Below are positions 19,154 to 27,655 of a stretch of 28,609 bases of DNA, piece by piece (position 1 is the stretch's first letter; each line of letters starts with the position of its first letter). The stretch lies in assembly GCA_902796215.1 (NCBI GenBank), contig CADBNY010000151.1, positions 1-28,609 of the forward strand. Direction: 5' to 3'. A program made the position numbers and the translations under genes. The DNA is from an uncultured Erysipelotrichaceae bacterium (GTDB lineage: Bacteria; Bacillota_I; Bacilli_A; RF39; UBA660). The notes under the pieces were generated by a model. That model saw only the letters and a list, made by a program, of their open reading frames with translations, was not told the origin of the DNA and searched no databases.

Positions 19154-19181
19154 AAAAATCCTCCTTAACTTATATTATTTT

Positions 19182-19508
19182 TTAACCATCTAGTTCAATC
19201 ATACCAGCATCATTAGCTTTCATACTTCCTTGAACAGCACTTAATTCATTAACAAGATTCTGATACAAAGCCTCACAAGCTGCCATGAATTGATCAAAGT
19301 CTTTATTCAAGTTAGAAATAAAATTATTCTTGGCAACTCCAGACCATTCTGCTTCACAAACAGTATTTATGTCATTAAAACCTGTTTGTAATACTTGTTG
19401 CATTTCAGTAAAAACTTTTGCTTTTATTGTGTTATCTAAATAATCACCTAACTTCGCACTATCATAACCATACTCCATTTCATCTACAGATGGACCAACC
19501 TCAGCCAT
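19182..19508 (-). CDS. WXG100 family protein (EsxA-like), 108 aa
   Basis: Central EWSGVAKNNF WxG motif, ~100-aa helical hairpin, C-terminal MKAND. RBS GGAGGTG. Confidence 0.85.
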   Translation of the reverse strand: MAEVGPSVDEMEYGYDSAKLGDYLDNTIKAKVFTEMQQVLQTGFNDINTVCEAEWSGVAKNNFISNLNKDFDQFMAACEALYQNLVNELSAVQGSMKANDAGMIELDG

Positions 19509-19525
19509 AATAACACCTCCAATCT

Positions 19526-19840
19526 TTAAATATTATCATCAATTTTACTGACACTTTGTGTAGTTACTAAGGCTAAATCACTATCTTGTTGAGCATAACT
19601 AGCTTCAACTTTTCCAAGAATATCAATGTAAGAATTAATAATTTTTGCCGTTTTTGCCCACTCTTTTCTTATAGCCGTAAACTTATTAATTATCTCATTT
19701 CTGCAAGATCCTCCAAGAGAACTTTGTAAAACATTATAATAACCATCTAATCGAAGAGATAAAGCATTGATTTCTTCAACATATCCTAGCAAACTTACTT
19801 TTACACCATTAATTTTTTCAAGATTAATTCCTGTAGCCAT
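19526..19840 (-). CDS. WXG100-like protein, 104 aa
   Basis: Central SLGGSCR (WxG variant) and C-terminal VEASYAQQDSDL (YxxxD). RBS GGAGG. Confidence 0.75.
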   Translation of the reverse strand: MATGINLEKINGVKVSLLGYVEEINALSLRLDGYYNVLQSSLGGSCRNEIINKFTAIRKEWAKTAKIINSYIDILGKVEASYAQQDSDLALVTTQSVSKIDDNI

Positions 19841-19871
19841 TAGCCTCCACCTACCTAAATATCATAATTCA

Positions 19872-19900
19872 ATACTATCACATTAATTTAAAACAAACAA
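19872..19900 (-). promoter_or_regulatory. Possible internal promoter TTGTTT-N17-TAGTAT with extended TG, upstream of the last three WXG100 genes
   Basis: -10 at 19872-19877 preceded by TGA, -35 at 19895-19900, in the 80-bp gap. Confidence 0.45.
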
Positions 19901-19920
19901 GAACAATCAATTATTTGACA

Positions 19921-20226
19921 CTATTTTACAATAATATTCTGCATCTTTATTTCTTCTATTACCAACTTACTTAAATCATCACTAGTATTCTTAGTTGCAG
20001 CCTCTGTAAGTCTTTTTATTTCCTTAATCCAAATCAAATAGTTATCAAGTTTATCAGAACAATCACTAATATTATTAACAATATCACTCCAGCTATAAGG
20101 ACAATTATAAGGTAAATTTACCCCCCCAGCTTTTTCTAAAGCAGAAAATACTGAAGACTTTAATTTTCCAATATCTGGTATTAAATTATTTGATATTTTA
20201 TCAGTGTTAATCATCACTATTGCCAT
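19921..20226 (-). CDS. Small helical T7SS-associated protein (WXG/LXG-like hairpin), 101 aa
   Basis: Size, helical heptad pattern, central LPYNCPYSW turn and strong RBS GGAGGA. Lies in the essC operon. Confidence 0.55.
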   Translation of the reverse strand: MAIVMINTDKISNNLIPDIGKLKSSVFSALEKAGGVNLPYNCPYSWSDIVNNISDCSDKLDNYLIWIKEIKRLTEAATKNTSDDLSKLVIEEIKMQNIIVK

Positions 20227-20530
20227 ATTTTCCTCCTAAATAACTATTATCTGCTATTGTAGACATACTATTAGTATAATCTATTATTTTACTTCCAAAA
20301 GAATCAATAGTAGTAGCCAAATTTAACAAATTAGCTTTATCTTTTAATGCTACCGTAATAAATAAATTCACAGATGCATCACTTTGATCACTAACCCAAG
20401 CTCCATCTTTGGAAATATTACTAACTTTAGTATACAAGCTATTAATAACAAAATTATAATTCCTAGCAAAAGATTGCAAATCTTCTCCAACTTGCTTTAG
20501 CTTGTCAATATCCATTTTTATTTTAGCCAT
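20207..20530 (-). CDS. WXG100-like protein, 107 aa
   Basis: N-terminal IKMDIDKLKQVGEDL (EsxA-like start) and central GAWVSD (WxG variant). RBS GGAGG. Overlaps the next gene by 20 bp. Confidence 0.7.
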   Translation of the reverse strand: MAKIKMDIDKLKQVGEDLQSFARNYNFVINSLYTKVSNISKDGAWVSDQSDASVNLFITVALKDKANLLNLATTIDSFGSKIIDYTNSMSTIADNSYLGGKYGNSDD

Positions 20531-20559
20531 AAAATAACCTCCACTTACTTTTTTCCTTT

Positions 20560-20829
20560 TTATTCTGTAATACTATCATACATTTCATTCAAATCATTAT
20601 CAAGCCAAGGAAGAATATCATTAACAATTTTATCATATGAATCTTTCAAATTAGAGCTTACATTATTAAAAAAATCGTTACTATTATTTTTCTCATCAAC
20701 TTGAAAAGATTGAATTTCTGTAGAAGACAAAGCATTAGCTTTGTCTAAAGCATCCTTTAATGCATTCCTAACCGCCTTAACTTGTCTAATAATATCATTT
20801 TTTACTTCCAAATCATCAGTTTCAGACAT
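20560..20829 (-). CDS. Small helical T7SS-associated protein, 89 aa
   Basis: Helical hairpin with central FQVD and RBS GAGGTG. Directly after esaB. Confidence 0.55.
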   Translation of the reverse strand: MSETDDLEVKNDIIRQVKAVRNALKDALDKANALSSTEIQSFQVDEKNNSNDFFNNVSSNLKDSYDKIVNDILPWLDNDLNEMYDSITE

Positions 20830-20838
20830 CTTATCACC

Positions 20839-21093
20839 TCACATTAATATAATTTTACTACCATTTCTAATATCAGTATTTATGATTAAAATATCAATAG
20901 CATACATATCACCACTATCTCCACTATACAAAGAATTCTTCTCATTTGCAACAAAATATCCACCAGACAAATCAGAAACTAGTTTTGATAATAACTCAAT
21001 TACATTTCCAACCTTACGATTTATTGGAATAAAAACATCATAACTTTCCTCTAAAACAGGAACAACTAAGTTAACTAAAACTTTATTATTCAT
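20839..21093 (-). CDS. esaB: EsaB/YukD ubiquitin-like T7SS protein, 84 aa
   Basis: True start is ATG 21093 (MNNKVLVNLVVP...YDVFIP...IRNGSKIILM), overlapping the essC stop by 8 bp. The C-terminal I(R)NGxxxxL is typical of YukD. The ORF-track extension to 21195 lies inside essC. Confidence 0.85.
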   Translation of the reverse strand: MNNKVLVNLVVPVLEESYDVFIPINRKVGNVIELLSKLVSDLSGGYFVANEKNSLYSGDSGDMYAIDILIINTDIRNGSKIILM

Positions 21094-24000
21094 CTTTTTT
21101 ATCAACTCCATCAACAACATATTTAATAACCATATGATTTCCTTGATATACAGGATACCCAATACAAGGGAACACATTTTGTCGATCTTCCACACTTAAT
21201 GACATAACACCAAGTGCAACTTGAACACCTATATCTTCACCTAACCATATACCAAATGTATTATTAATATTATCACGATACCAACTTTCAAGTTGAATTT
21301 CTTTATAAGAATCAGAATCATCAAAAAACAAGAAAGAATTATTTTCACATTTAGAAACCTGAATAAATAATGATTCGAATTCCTTAGTATATTTCACCAT
21401 TTTCTTTTTAAATTCTGAAATACCTAAAATGAAATATATATGTTTCTCTGACAATTTTGAATCATTAACGACATTCTGATATGCCATTAAAAAAGCTTTT
21501 TCTAAATTATTACTATATAAATCAATTCCTTCATAGTTTCCACGATAAATACTTAACGCATCAATAACATGAATCTTAACATTATTAATTTTAAGCATCT
21601 GCCTCAATAAAGCATAAATGAAATAAATATGATTCTTTATAGATTTAGCAGCTATTAAATTAATTTTAAATTCTAAAAAATCATAAACATATACTTCTAA
21701 ACTATTTTTTTCAATTCCAATAGGAACACAAGTTAAATCTTTTAATTCAAATAAAACATCTTCAACATAAACAATATCAGGAAGAACAGGAATCTTCTTC
21801 GCTTCTTTATTTTTATACTTCTGTTTTAAATAATCAGAATATTCCCTAAAAAACTGTGTTCTTTTTTCTCTCTCACAAACATCTGCAGTTTGAAACTCAT
21901 AGATTTCATCACCATCAATTGAAATAATTCCCCTTCCAAAATTTTCAACGGGAACCATCCCACGTGGAGCCCCTAACAGATCTCTATAATCAGAATCATT
22001 AGGCATTTTCATACAAATCTTATTCATAAAATTTTGAGCTAATCTTAATCTAATTGAACTCTGCTGTGTAGTTGTTAAAATGAAAGAAATACCATATTTC
22101 AACCCATCACGAATAAAAGAATTAAATGCATCTACCATACGGGGATAATTTTCTAAATAATTTTCATAATTATTCAAAACCACAACAATAAAAGAGTCTT
22201 TTTTTCCTGACAGCTTTAAATACTCTAAATAATTTCCTCCATAGTCAGAATAATCTTTTTTTCGTCTTTCAAGCTCCTTATCTATCATTTGCAAGAAATT
22301 CATAATCTTTTCTTTTTCATCAGTAACAAAAACATCTCCAACATGTGGAATTTTAGATAATATTTTTAAAGTTTCAGAGCCAAAATCTCCCAAATAAAAA
22401 TTAATATCATCAACAGATAATATACTAGTTAGATAATAAATCAAAGTAGTAACAAAATTTTCCTTCCCACTACCAGAAGAACCATATATTAAAATATTTC
22501 CTTGCTCAATCATATTTATTTTTAACAAACCTTGTTCCTGTTTTGCTGGAGCATCATATTCACCAACTACAGCAAAAACATGTAAACCTTGATCACTTTT
22601 TTCAATAGAATAATTATATTTTTTTATCAAATCATTTAAATAAATTTTTTTCTCTAAAGCAGGTAACCAAAGTTTTTTAGGAATAACACCATCATCTTTT
22701 GATATTTTATCAAGATATTTAACAATATTAGTCAATTGATCACCATTATCCTCTTTAACAGTTTCTTGTTTCTGCATTTCAATAGAACGTTTAATAACAT
22801 TACCAATGTTATCAACAAAAACAATTGAATCATCAACCCTTTTTATAATTCTCTCCAAAGGAACATACTTTTCCCCAGCCCAAGCTGATTGACCAATGTC
22901 AAAATATTCATCATATCCTACTTGAAGATAAAATCTTCCAGCTTCTTTTAAACTTGCAGCTTCTGGCCTCTTTAGCATTTCCATACTATCAGATCTAGTA
23001 GCAACTTTTAAACAAACTTTAAATTTAGAATTTGACCAAATTTGATCATTTACAACCCCACTTGGTTTCTGTGTTGCTAAAATAAGATGTACACCCAAGG
23101 AACGTCCAATACGAGCAGTAGAGACAAGTTGTGCCATAAAATCTGGTTGTTGTGCTTTTAACTCAGCAAACTCATCAGAAATGATAAATAAATGTGAAAC
23201 AGGTTCATCAATTAAACCCTCACGATACAATCGCTGATACTTATAGATATCCATTGTACTTTCACCAGTTTCATCTTTAACTTTATTAAATTGTATTTGT
23301 CTTCTCTTTAACTCACTTTCAATAGATACTAAAGTACGATTCATTTCAGCAGTATCCAAATTTGTTATAGTTCCAGCGAGATGCGGTATAGAAATATTTG
23401 CATCACGATTTTCAAAAGCTCCAGCCAATCCTCCACCTTTATAATCAATTAATACAAATTGCACCTCTCTAGGATCATAATTTAATGCCATAGACAAAAT
23501 ATAAGTAATAATAAACTCTGATTTTCCTGAACCAGTAGAACCAGCAATTAATCCATGTGGACCATCATATCTCTCATGTAAATCCAAATTAAACAAATCA
23601 CCACTCGTATGAACACCTATCGGTGCAGAAAGAGTACTCATCGGATCACTCATCTTCCAACGATTACGAATATTTAATTGTTCTATTTTTCCAACATTAT
23701 ACATTTGTAAAAACGATAATGAAGTAGGTAATTGACTCTCAACGTCTTTCCCTTGCACTGGAATATTTGAAACAAGTCTTCCAATTTTGCTCATATCTAA
23801 ATTCGTTGCAAATTCAGCACGAAATTTGATAGTACCACTCTCATTAACTTTATCACTAAACATTCCACTCTCATTATCATCAATAACCAAAAATTTATTA
23901 CACTCATTAGGAATATTTTTCATATCTTTATCAACAATAAGTAATGAAAAACCATAATTATATTGGCTTTCTAACATATCTTGAAAAAACTTAAAATTAC

Positions 24001-25729
24001 GTATTCCTTTATAATTATCAGTAACAACTAAATAATAAGTTTCATATAATTCATATTCTTCAACCTTCTCCTTATTTAAAGCTTGACTTTCTTTCTCTTT
24101 AGCAGCTTTTCTTTCTTTCCTATCTAAATACTCTGTATCCAAAAATTGGCACAAAGACTTTGCATCATCCTGAGTAACAGCATAAAACCGAGTAACATGA
24201 TCATCACTCCAATTATGACTAGTATACTTCAAGTAGTTCCAACGATAACTATTAGAGAAGTCTGTAAAAACAACAATTTTTAAATCTAAAGGACTATGAA
24301 ATGTTAATAATTGTAACATAATACCATTTATAAAGTCATTCGTTCCCTTTGACAACATAATCAAAGAAGTAACAATTCTATCTTTTAAACCAACTGTAAT
24401 AGGAACATTATTTAATTTATCATATTTTTTTCCAAGAGCAATAACTGCATTTAATAAATTATCATCATCCAAAGAAAATTTTTCTTTTGGAGCAGATACT
24501 TCAATTAAAGAAGGCCTATCCCCAATTCCCAAACGAACTTCCAAAAAATCATCATCTTTTATAGTCCTATTCCACAAAAATCTAGTTCTATTTTTTAAAA
24601 TTTGAATACATGTTGATAAATCTACATTATTATCGATAATAATCTGTTCTTGCTTTTTCTTCTTTGCATCAATTTCTTTTTCTTTTTCTTGCAAATATTC
24701 ACTGTACTTTTCTTGTCTTTTTTTCTCTCTCTTTTTTGCAAATGATTTTTGCCATCTAGAAGTTAAAATTGGCATTAAAAGAGAACCAATTATCATGGTA
24801 ATTATCATAACAATCTGAGGCAAAAAATCTATAACATCTTTTTCTCCAGAAGATAATCCATCCCACAAATTAAAAGCATTAATAAACATCATCCCAAGTA
24901 TTGTAAAACTAGAACCCAAGCTTAGTAAAACAGGTATATCATTATCTGCATCTTGCTTTTGAGGAGGAGGATCTACAGAAACTTTTTCAAGTTCTAAAAC
25001 ACTTCTAATTCTGGGGGTATGAGAAAGATAATCATTTTCAGTAAAAAGAGATATATTATTATCAGCCTCAGAAACTGGAGTATAATTTTTGTTACTCATT
25101 ATATTCAAATTATTTAAAATTTGTAAATTTTTGACTCTAAAAAAATTATTGTTCATAGGAATAATAAGTGTTTTAGTCATCCAAATAATTCTTAAACCAT
25201 TCGTAAAGATAATATCTCCAGCAAAAATAGGTGTAGCAGCAAATATCCTGTGATTATTAACATAAATAAATATATCAGAATTATTAGCAACAGGAGAAAT
25301 AAACCAATTGTTATTCTCAAACTTAATTAAAACTTGCTGATCCAGCATCATATTCTGTGGATAAATAATATTATTATTTTCACTTTTTCCAATAAGAATA
25401 GAAGTTAAACCATTAAAACCATAACAAAACTGATGTTCTTCAATAGAAGGTAAACAAAAAATATAAGCATAATTCTGAATTCCAGAAACTGAAACAGGAA
25501 TACACATATAGTCAGATAATAAAATTTCAGAAATAATATTATTATTAGAGTCAATAATATTTACATTACCATTACTTTTTAAAACCCAATTATTATCCCT
25601 AGAATCAATGTTAATTGAATTTTCAAGACCAGTAATACTACTTTTAAATGAAAATAATAAAGAACCATCAACCTTAGAAGGTAAATTAAATTTTAAAAGA
25701 TTATTGTTCTCCTGCACATAAATTCTCAT
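21086..25729 (-). CDS. essC: Type VII secretion ATPase EssC/YukB, 1,547 aa
   Basis: N-terminal tandem FHA-like region, two TMs after DPPP, a DUF/D0 domain, and FtsK domain GPHGLIAGSTGSGKS...SDEFAEL...GRSLGVHLILATQKP. Second domain GSSGSGKE. Third domain degenerate. Confidence 0.95.
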   Translation of the reverse strand: MRIYVQENNNLLKFNLPSKVDGSLLFSFKSSITGLENSINIDSRDNNWVLKSNGNVNIIDSNNNIISEILLSDYMCIPVSVSGIQNYAYIFCLPSIEEHQFCYGFNGLTSILIGKSENNNIIYPQNMMLDQQVLIKFENNNWFISPVANNSDIFIYVNNHRIFAATPIFAGDIIFTNGLRIIWMTKTLIIPMNNNFFRVKNLQILNNLNIMSNKNYTPVSEADNNISLFTENDYLSHTPRIRSVLELEKVSVDPPPQKQDADNDIPVLLSLGSSFTILGMMFINAFNLWDGLSSGEKDVIDFLPQIVMIITMIIGSLLMPILTSRWQKSFAKKREKKRQEKYSEYLQEKEKEIDAKKKKQEQIIIDNNVDLSTCIQILKNRTRFLWNRTIKDDDFLEVRLGIGDRPSLIEVSAPKEKFSLDDDNLLNAVIALGKKYDKLNNVPITVGLKDRIVTSLIMLSKGTNDFINGIMLQLLTFHSPLDLKIVVFTDFSNSYRWNYLKYTSHNWSDDHVTRFYAVTQDDAKSLCQFLDTEYLDRKERKAAKEKESQALNKEKVEEYELYETYYLVVTDNYKGIRNFKFFQDMLESQYNYGFSLLIVDKDMKNIPNECNKFLVIDDNESGMFSDKVNESGTIKFRAEFATNLDMSKIGRLVSNIPVQGKDVESQLPTSLSFLQMYNVGKIEQLNIRNRWKMSDPMSTLSAPIGVHTSGDLFNLDLHERYDGPHGLIAGSTGSGKSEFIITYILSMALNYDPREVQFVLIDYKGGGLAGAFENRDANISIPHLAGTITNLDTAEMNRTLVSIESELKRRQIQFNKVKDETGESTMDIYKYQRLYREGLIDEPVSHLFIISDEFAELKAQQPDFMAQLVSTARIGRSLGVHLILATQKPSGVVNDQIWSNSKFKVCLKVATRSDSMEMLKRPEAASLKEAGRFYLQVGYDEYFDIGQSAWAGEKYVPLERIIKRVDDSIVFVDNIGNVIKRSIEMQKQETVKEDNGDQLTNIVKYLDKISKDDGVIPKKLWLPALEKKIYLNDLIKKYNYSIEKSDQGLHVFAVVGEYDAPAKQEQGLLKINMIEQGNILIYGSSGSGKENFVTTLIYYLTSILSVDDINFYLGDFGSETLKILSKIPHVGDVFVTDEKEKIMNFLQMIDKELERRKKDYSDYGGNYLEYLKLSGKKDSFIVVVLNNYENYLENYPRMVDAFNSFIRDGLKYGISFILTTTQQSSIRLRLAQNFMNKICMKMPNDSDYRDLLGAPRGMVPVENFGRGIISIDGDEIYEFQTADVCEREKRTQFFREYSDYLKQKYKNKEAKKIPVLPDIVYVEDVLFELKDLTCVPIGIEKNSLEVYVYDFLEFKINLIAAKSIKNHIYFIYALLRQMLKINNVKIHVIDALSIYRGNYEGIDLYSNNLEKAFLMAYQNVVNDSKLSEKHIYFILGISEFKKKMVKYTKEFESLFIQVSKCENNSFLFFDDSDSYKEIQLESWYRDNINNTFGIWLGEDIGVQVALGVMSLSVEDRQNVFPCIGYPVYQGNHMVIKYVVDGVDKKDE

Positions 25730-25754
25730 ACTATCACACTCTCTATTCTATATA

Positions 25755-25783
25755 AGTATAGCAAAAAAGAAAGTAAAAGTCAT
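25755..25783 (-). promoter_or_regulatory. Promoter of the T7SS operon, ATGACT-N17-TATACT with extended TG
   Basis: -10 at 25755-25760 preceded by TGC, -35 at 25778-25783. Confidence 0.65.
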
Positions 25784-25901
25784 TACATTTATAAAAACTT
25801 ATTAATTAAAAAAGTATATTTCACTTTATTATATCAATCAAAAACATTAACTAGAATGTTAATCTGCAAAAAAATATTAATATTTTATAAAAGGCACATA
25901 T

Positions 25902-26546
25902 TTAATACGAAAAATATAAATATGGAATTCCCTTTGATTTATAAAATGTAGATGCCTTAGGTATAGGAAAATATTTATAAAACATAAAATTGTAGGCATT
26001 ATCAACAAAAAAAACACTAAATAAAAAAATAGAAATAATTAGCAATTGCTTACCAGCCACCTCTTTTGCTATTCTAATAGAAAATGGTAACATCCCATAA
26101 ATTAGTATTAATCCACTAATTCCAAATACAGTAATACTTCTTAAACAAACATAACCATCAATATTACCAAAATTCAATATTTCTTGATTATAATCCCAGC
26201 ATTTAATCCAACCCAATTTTCCATAAATGATATATCCAGTAAAATACTCCAAAATGCCAGTGGAAATCATACTAATTAATAATACCAAGAATGGTCTTTT
26301 TCGAAAACGATACGTTAAAAAAATAATTAAGAAAGCTCCATATGCATAAATATTAATCCATGGTAAATAATTAGCTCCTCTCCAATAAAAAGTTTGAAAT
26401 CCACTATTCATCCAATAAAAGATAAATTCATATAACCATCCAAAGATTCCACCCATGACAAATATTAAACAAAATACTATAATTTTTTCTTTTTTAGTCA
26501 ATACAATATCTGTATTAACATATTTTTTAAAAAAACTTTGAAACAT
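25902..26546 (-). CDS. Putative ABC transporter permease-like membrane protein (CmpB/DUF1113 family), 214 aa
   Basis: GWLYE, PWINIYAYG, LEYFTG, WDY...NIDGYVCLRS motifs and multiple TMs. Confidence 0.85.
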   Translation of the reverse strand: MFQSFFKKYVNTDIVLTKKEKIIVFCLIFVMGGIFGWLYEFIFYWMNSGFQTFYWRGANYLPWINIYAYGAFLIIFLTYRFRKRPFLVLLISMISTGILEYFTGYIIYGKLGWIKCWDYNQEILNFGNIDGYVCLRSITVFGISGLILIYGMLPFSIRIAKEVAGKQLLIISIFLFSVFFVDNAYNFMFYKYFPIPKASTFYKSKGIPYLYFSY

Positions 26547-26570
26547 ACATACTACCTCTATTCTAAAAAA

Positions 26571-26579
26571 AGTATATCA
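26571..26579 (-). promoter_or_regulatory. Extended -10 promoter (TGATATACT)
   Basis: Plus-strand agtatatca at 26571-26579, upstream of the 26546 start. Confidence 0.5.
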
Positions 26580-26616
26580 TAATATTATTCCTTTTATTAA
26601 CAAAAAATATTAAATC

Positions 26617-26662
26617 ATATAAAAAGCACAAGATTTAATTTCAACTCTTGTGTTTTTTATAT
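26617..26662 (-). terminator. Rho-independent terminator after the YitT gene
   Basis: 17-bp inverted repeat ATATAAAAAGCACAAGA / TCTTGTGTTTTTTATAT with one mismatch. Confidence 0.75.
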
Positions 26663-26664
26663 AA

Positions 26665-27543
26665 TCAAAATTTCTTTTCAAATTGCCCCTTTACTCCAAT
26701 GCCTTCACTCTTAACCATGAAAGTTTGAATATCAAAATTTTTCATATGTCTTTCCAATTTGATTAATTCATACTTTGTTAATACCGTATAAATAATATAT
26801 GTTTTAGAATCATCATATCCACCTTTTGCATGCCAATAAGTAAAATCTCTATTTAACTCATTTTTAATATAATCATTTATTTTTGTAGGATTTTCTTTAC
26901 AAAAAATAAAAGCCGTCGAGCAAATGTTTTGTTCATGCATTTTATCTAGCATCAAACTATCTACTGCTGAATAAATAATAGAATAAATCATAATCTCTAA
27001 ACCATATCTAACACCAGCTATTGCATAAATAATAGAATTAATAATCATACCCAACTTTCCAACAGAAAAATGATTATTCTTTTTAGCAAGTGCCAAACCA
27101 ACAATATCAGTACCACCAGTAGATGCTCCACTAGATAAAATCATCCCTACTCCAGCTCCCCCTAAAAGACCTCCCAAAATGACATTAGTTAAAAGATCAT
27201 CAACTATTTTATCATTAGGTAATATAGACAGCAAAAGAGTTTGAATAGACACTGAAAATAAAGTTCGATAGAAAAATGTTTTTCCAACATGACGATAAGC
27301 AATAACAAATAAAGGAATATTAATCAAATAATATAAAATACCACTAAAATCAAAAGAAATATTTAATCGAAAAACATCAACTACAATACTTCTTATCAAT
27401 TGAGATAACCCTAATACTCCACCTGTATATAAATGATTAGGAACAATAAAAAAATTTATTGCACAACAAAAAATCAGTGATCCAAATAAAGCTTTACCAA
27501 AATCTATTAAATTCCAATTAAAACATTTCTTAATTATCTTCAT
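26665..27543 (-). CDS. YitT family membrane protein (DUF161 + DUF2179), 292 aa
   Basis: LYTGGVLG, INIPLF, GASTGGTDI, and C-terminal TYWHAKGGY...IYTVLTKYE. Confidence 0.93.
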   Translation of the reverse strand: MKIIKKCFNWNLIDFGKALFGSLIFCCAINFFIVPNHLYTGGVLGLSQLIRSIVVDVFRLNISFDFSGILYYLINIPLFVIAYRHVGKTFFYRTLFSVSIQTLLLSILPNDKIVDDLLTNVILGGLLGGAGVGMILSSGASTGGTDIVGLALAKKNNHFSVGKLGMIINSIIYAIAGVRYGLEIMIYSIIYSAVDSLMLDKMHEQNICSTAFIFCKENPTKINDYIKNELNRDFTYWHAKGGYDDSKTYIIYTVLTKYELIKLERHMKNFDIQTFMVKSEGIGVKGQFEKKF

Positions 27544-27564
27544 AATTTCACCTCAACGATGACA

Positions 27565-27592
27565 ATTATAACACTTTAAAAATGAATGTAAA
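27565..27592 (-). promoter_or_regulatory. Promoter TTTACA-N16-TATAAT with extended TG
   Basis: -10 at 27565-27570 preceded by TGT, -35 at 27587-27592. Confidence 0.6.
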
Positions 27593-27655
27593 TACCCCAA
27601 TTTATTTTCTTTATCAAGACTTAATAATTAAAAGAAAAGAATAAATTAAACTAAT

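Noticed and set aside
18631-19920. Identical 10-mer ttatttgaca in two T7SS intergenic gaps (18631 and 19911)
   Set aside because: Short, AT-rich, non-palindromic and only two copies. Chance is a sufficient explanation, though an operator half-site cannot be excluded.
20839-21195. ORF-track 118-aa version of esaB
   Set aside because: The first 34 codons lie inside essC. ATG 21093 gives a typical 84-aa YukD with translational coupling.
25801-25900. Weak inverted repeats between the CmpB-like gene and essC
   Set aside because: Stems are only ~6 bp and all-AT-rich; not a convincing terminator or operator.
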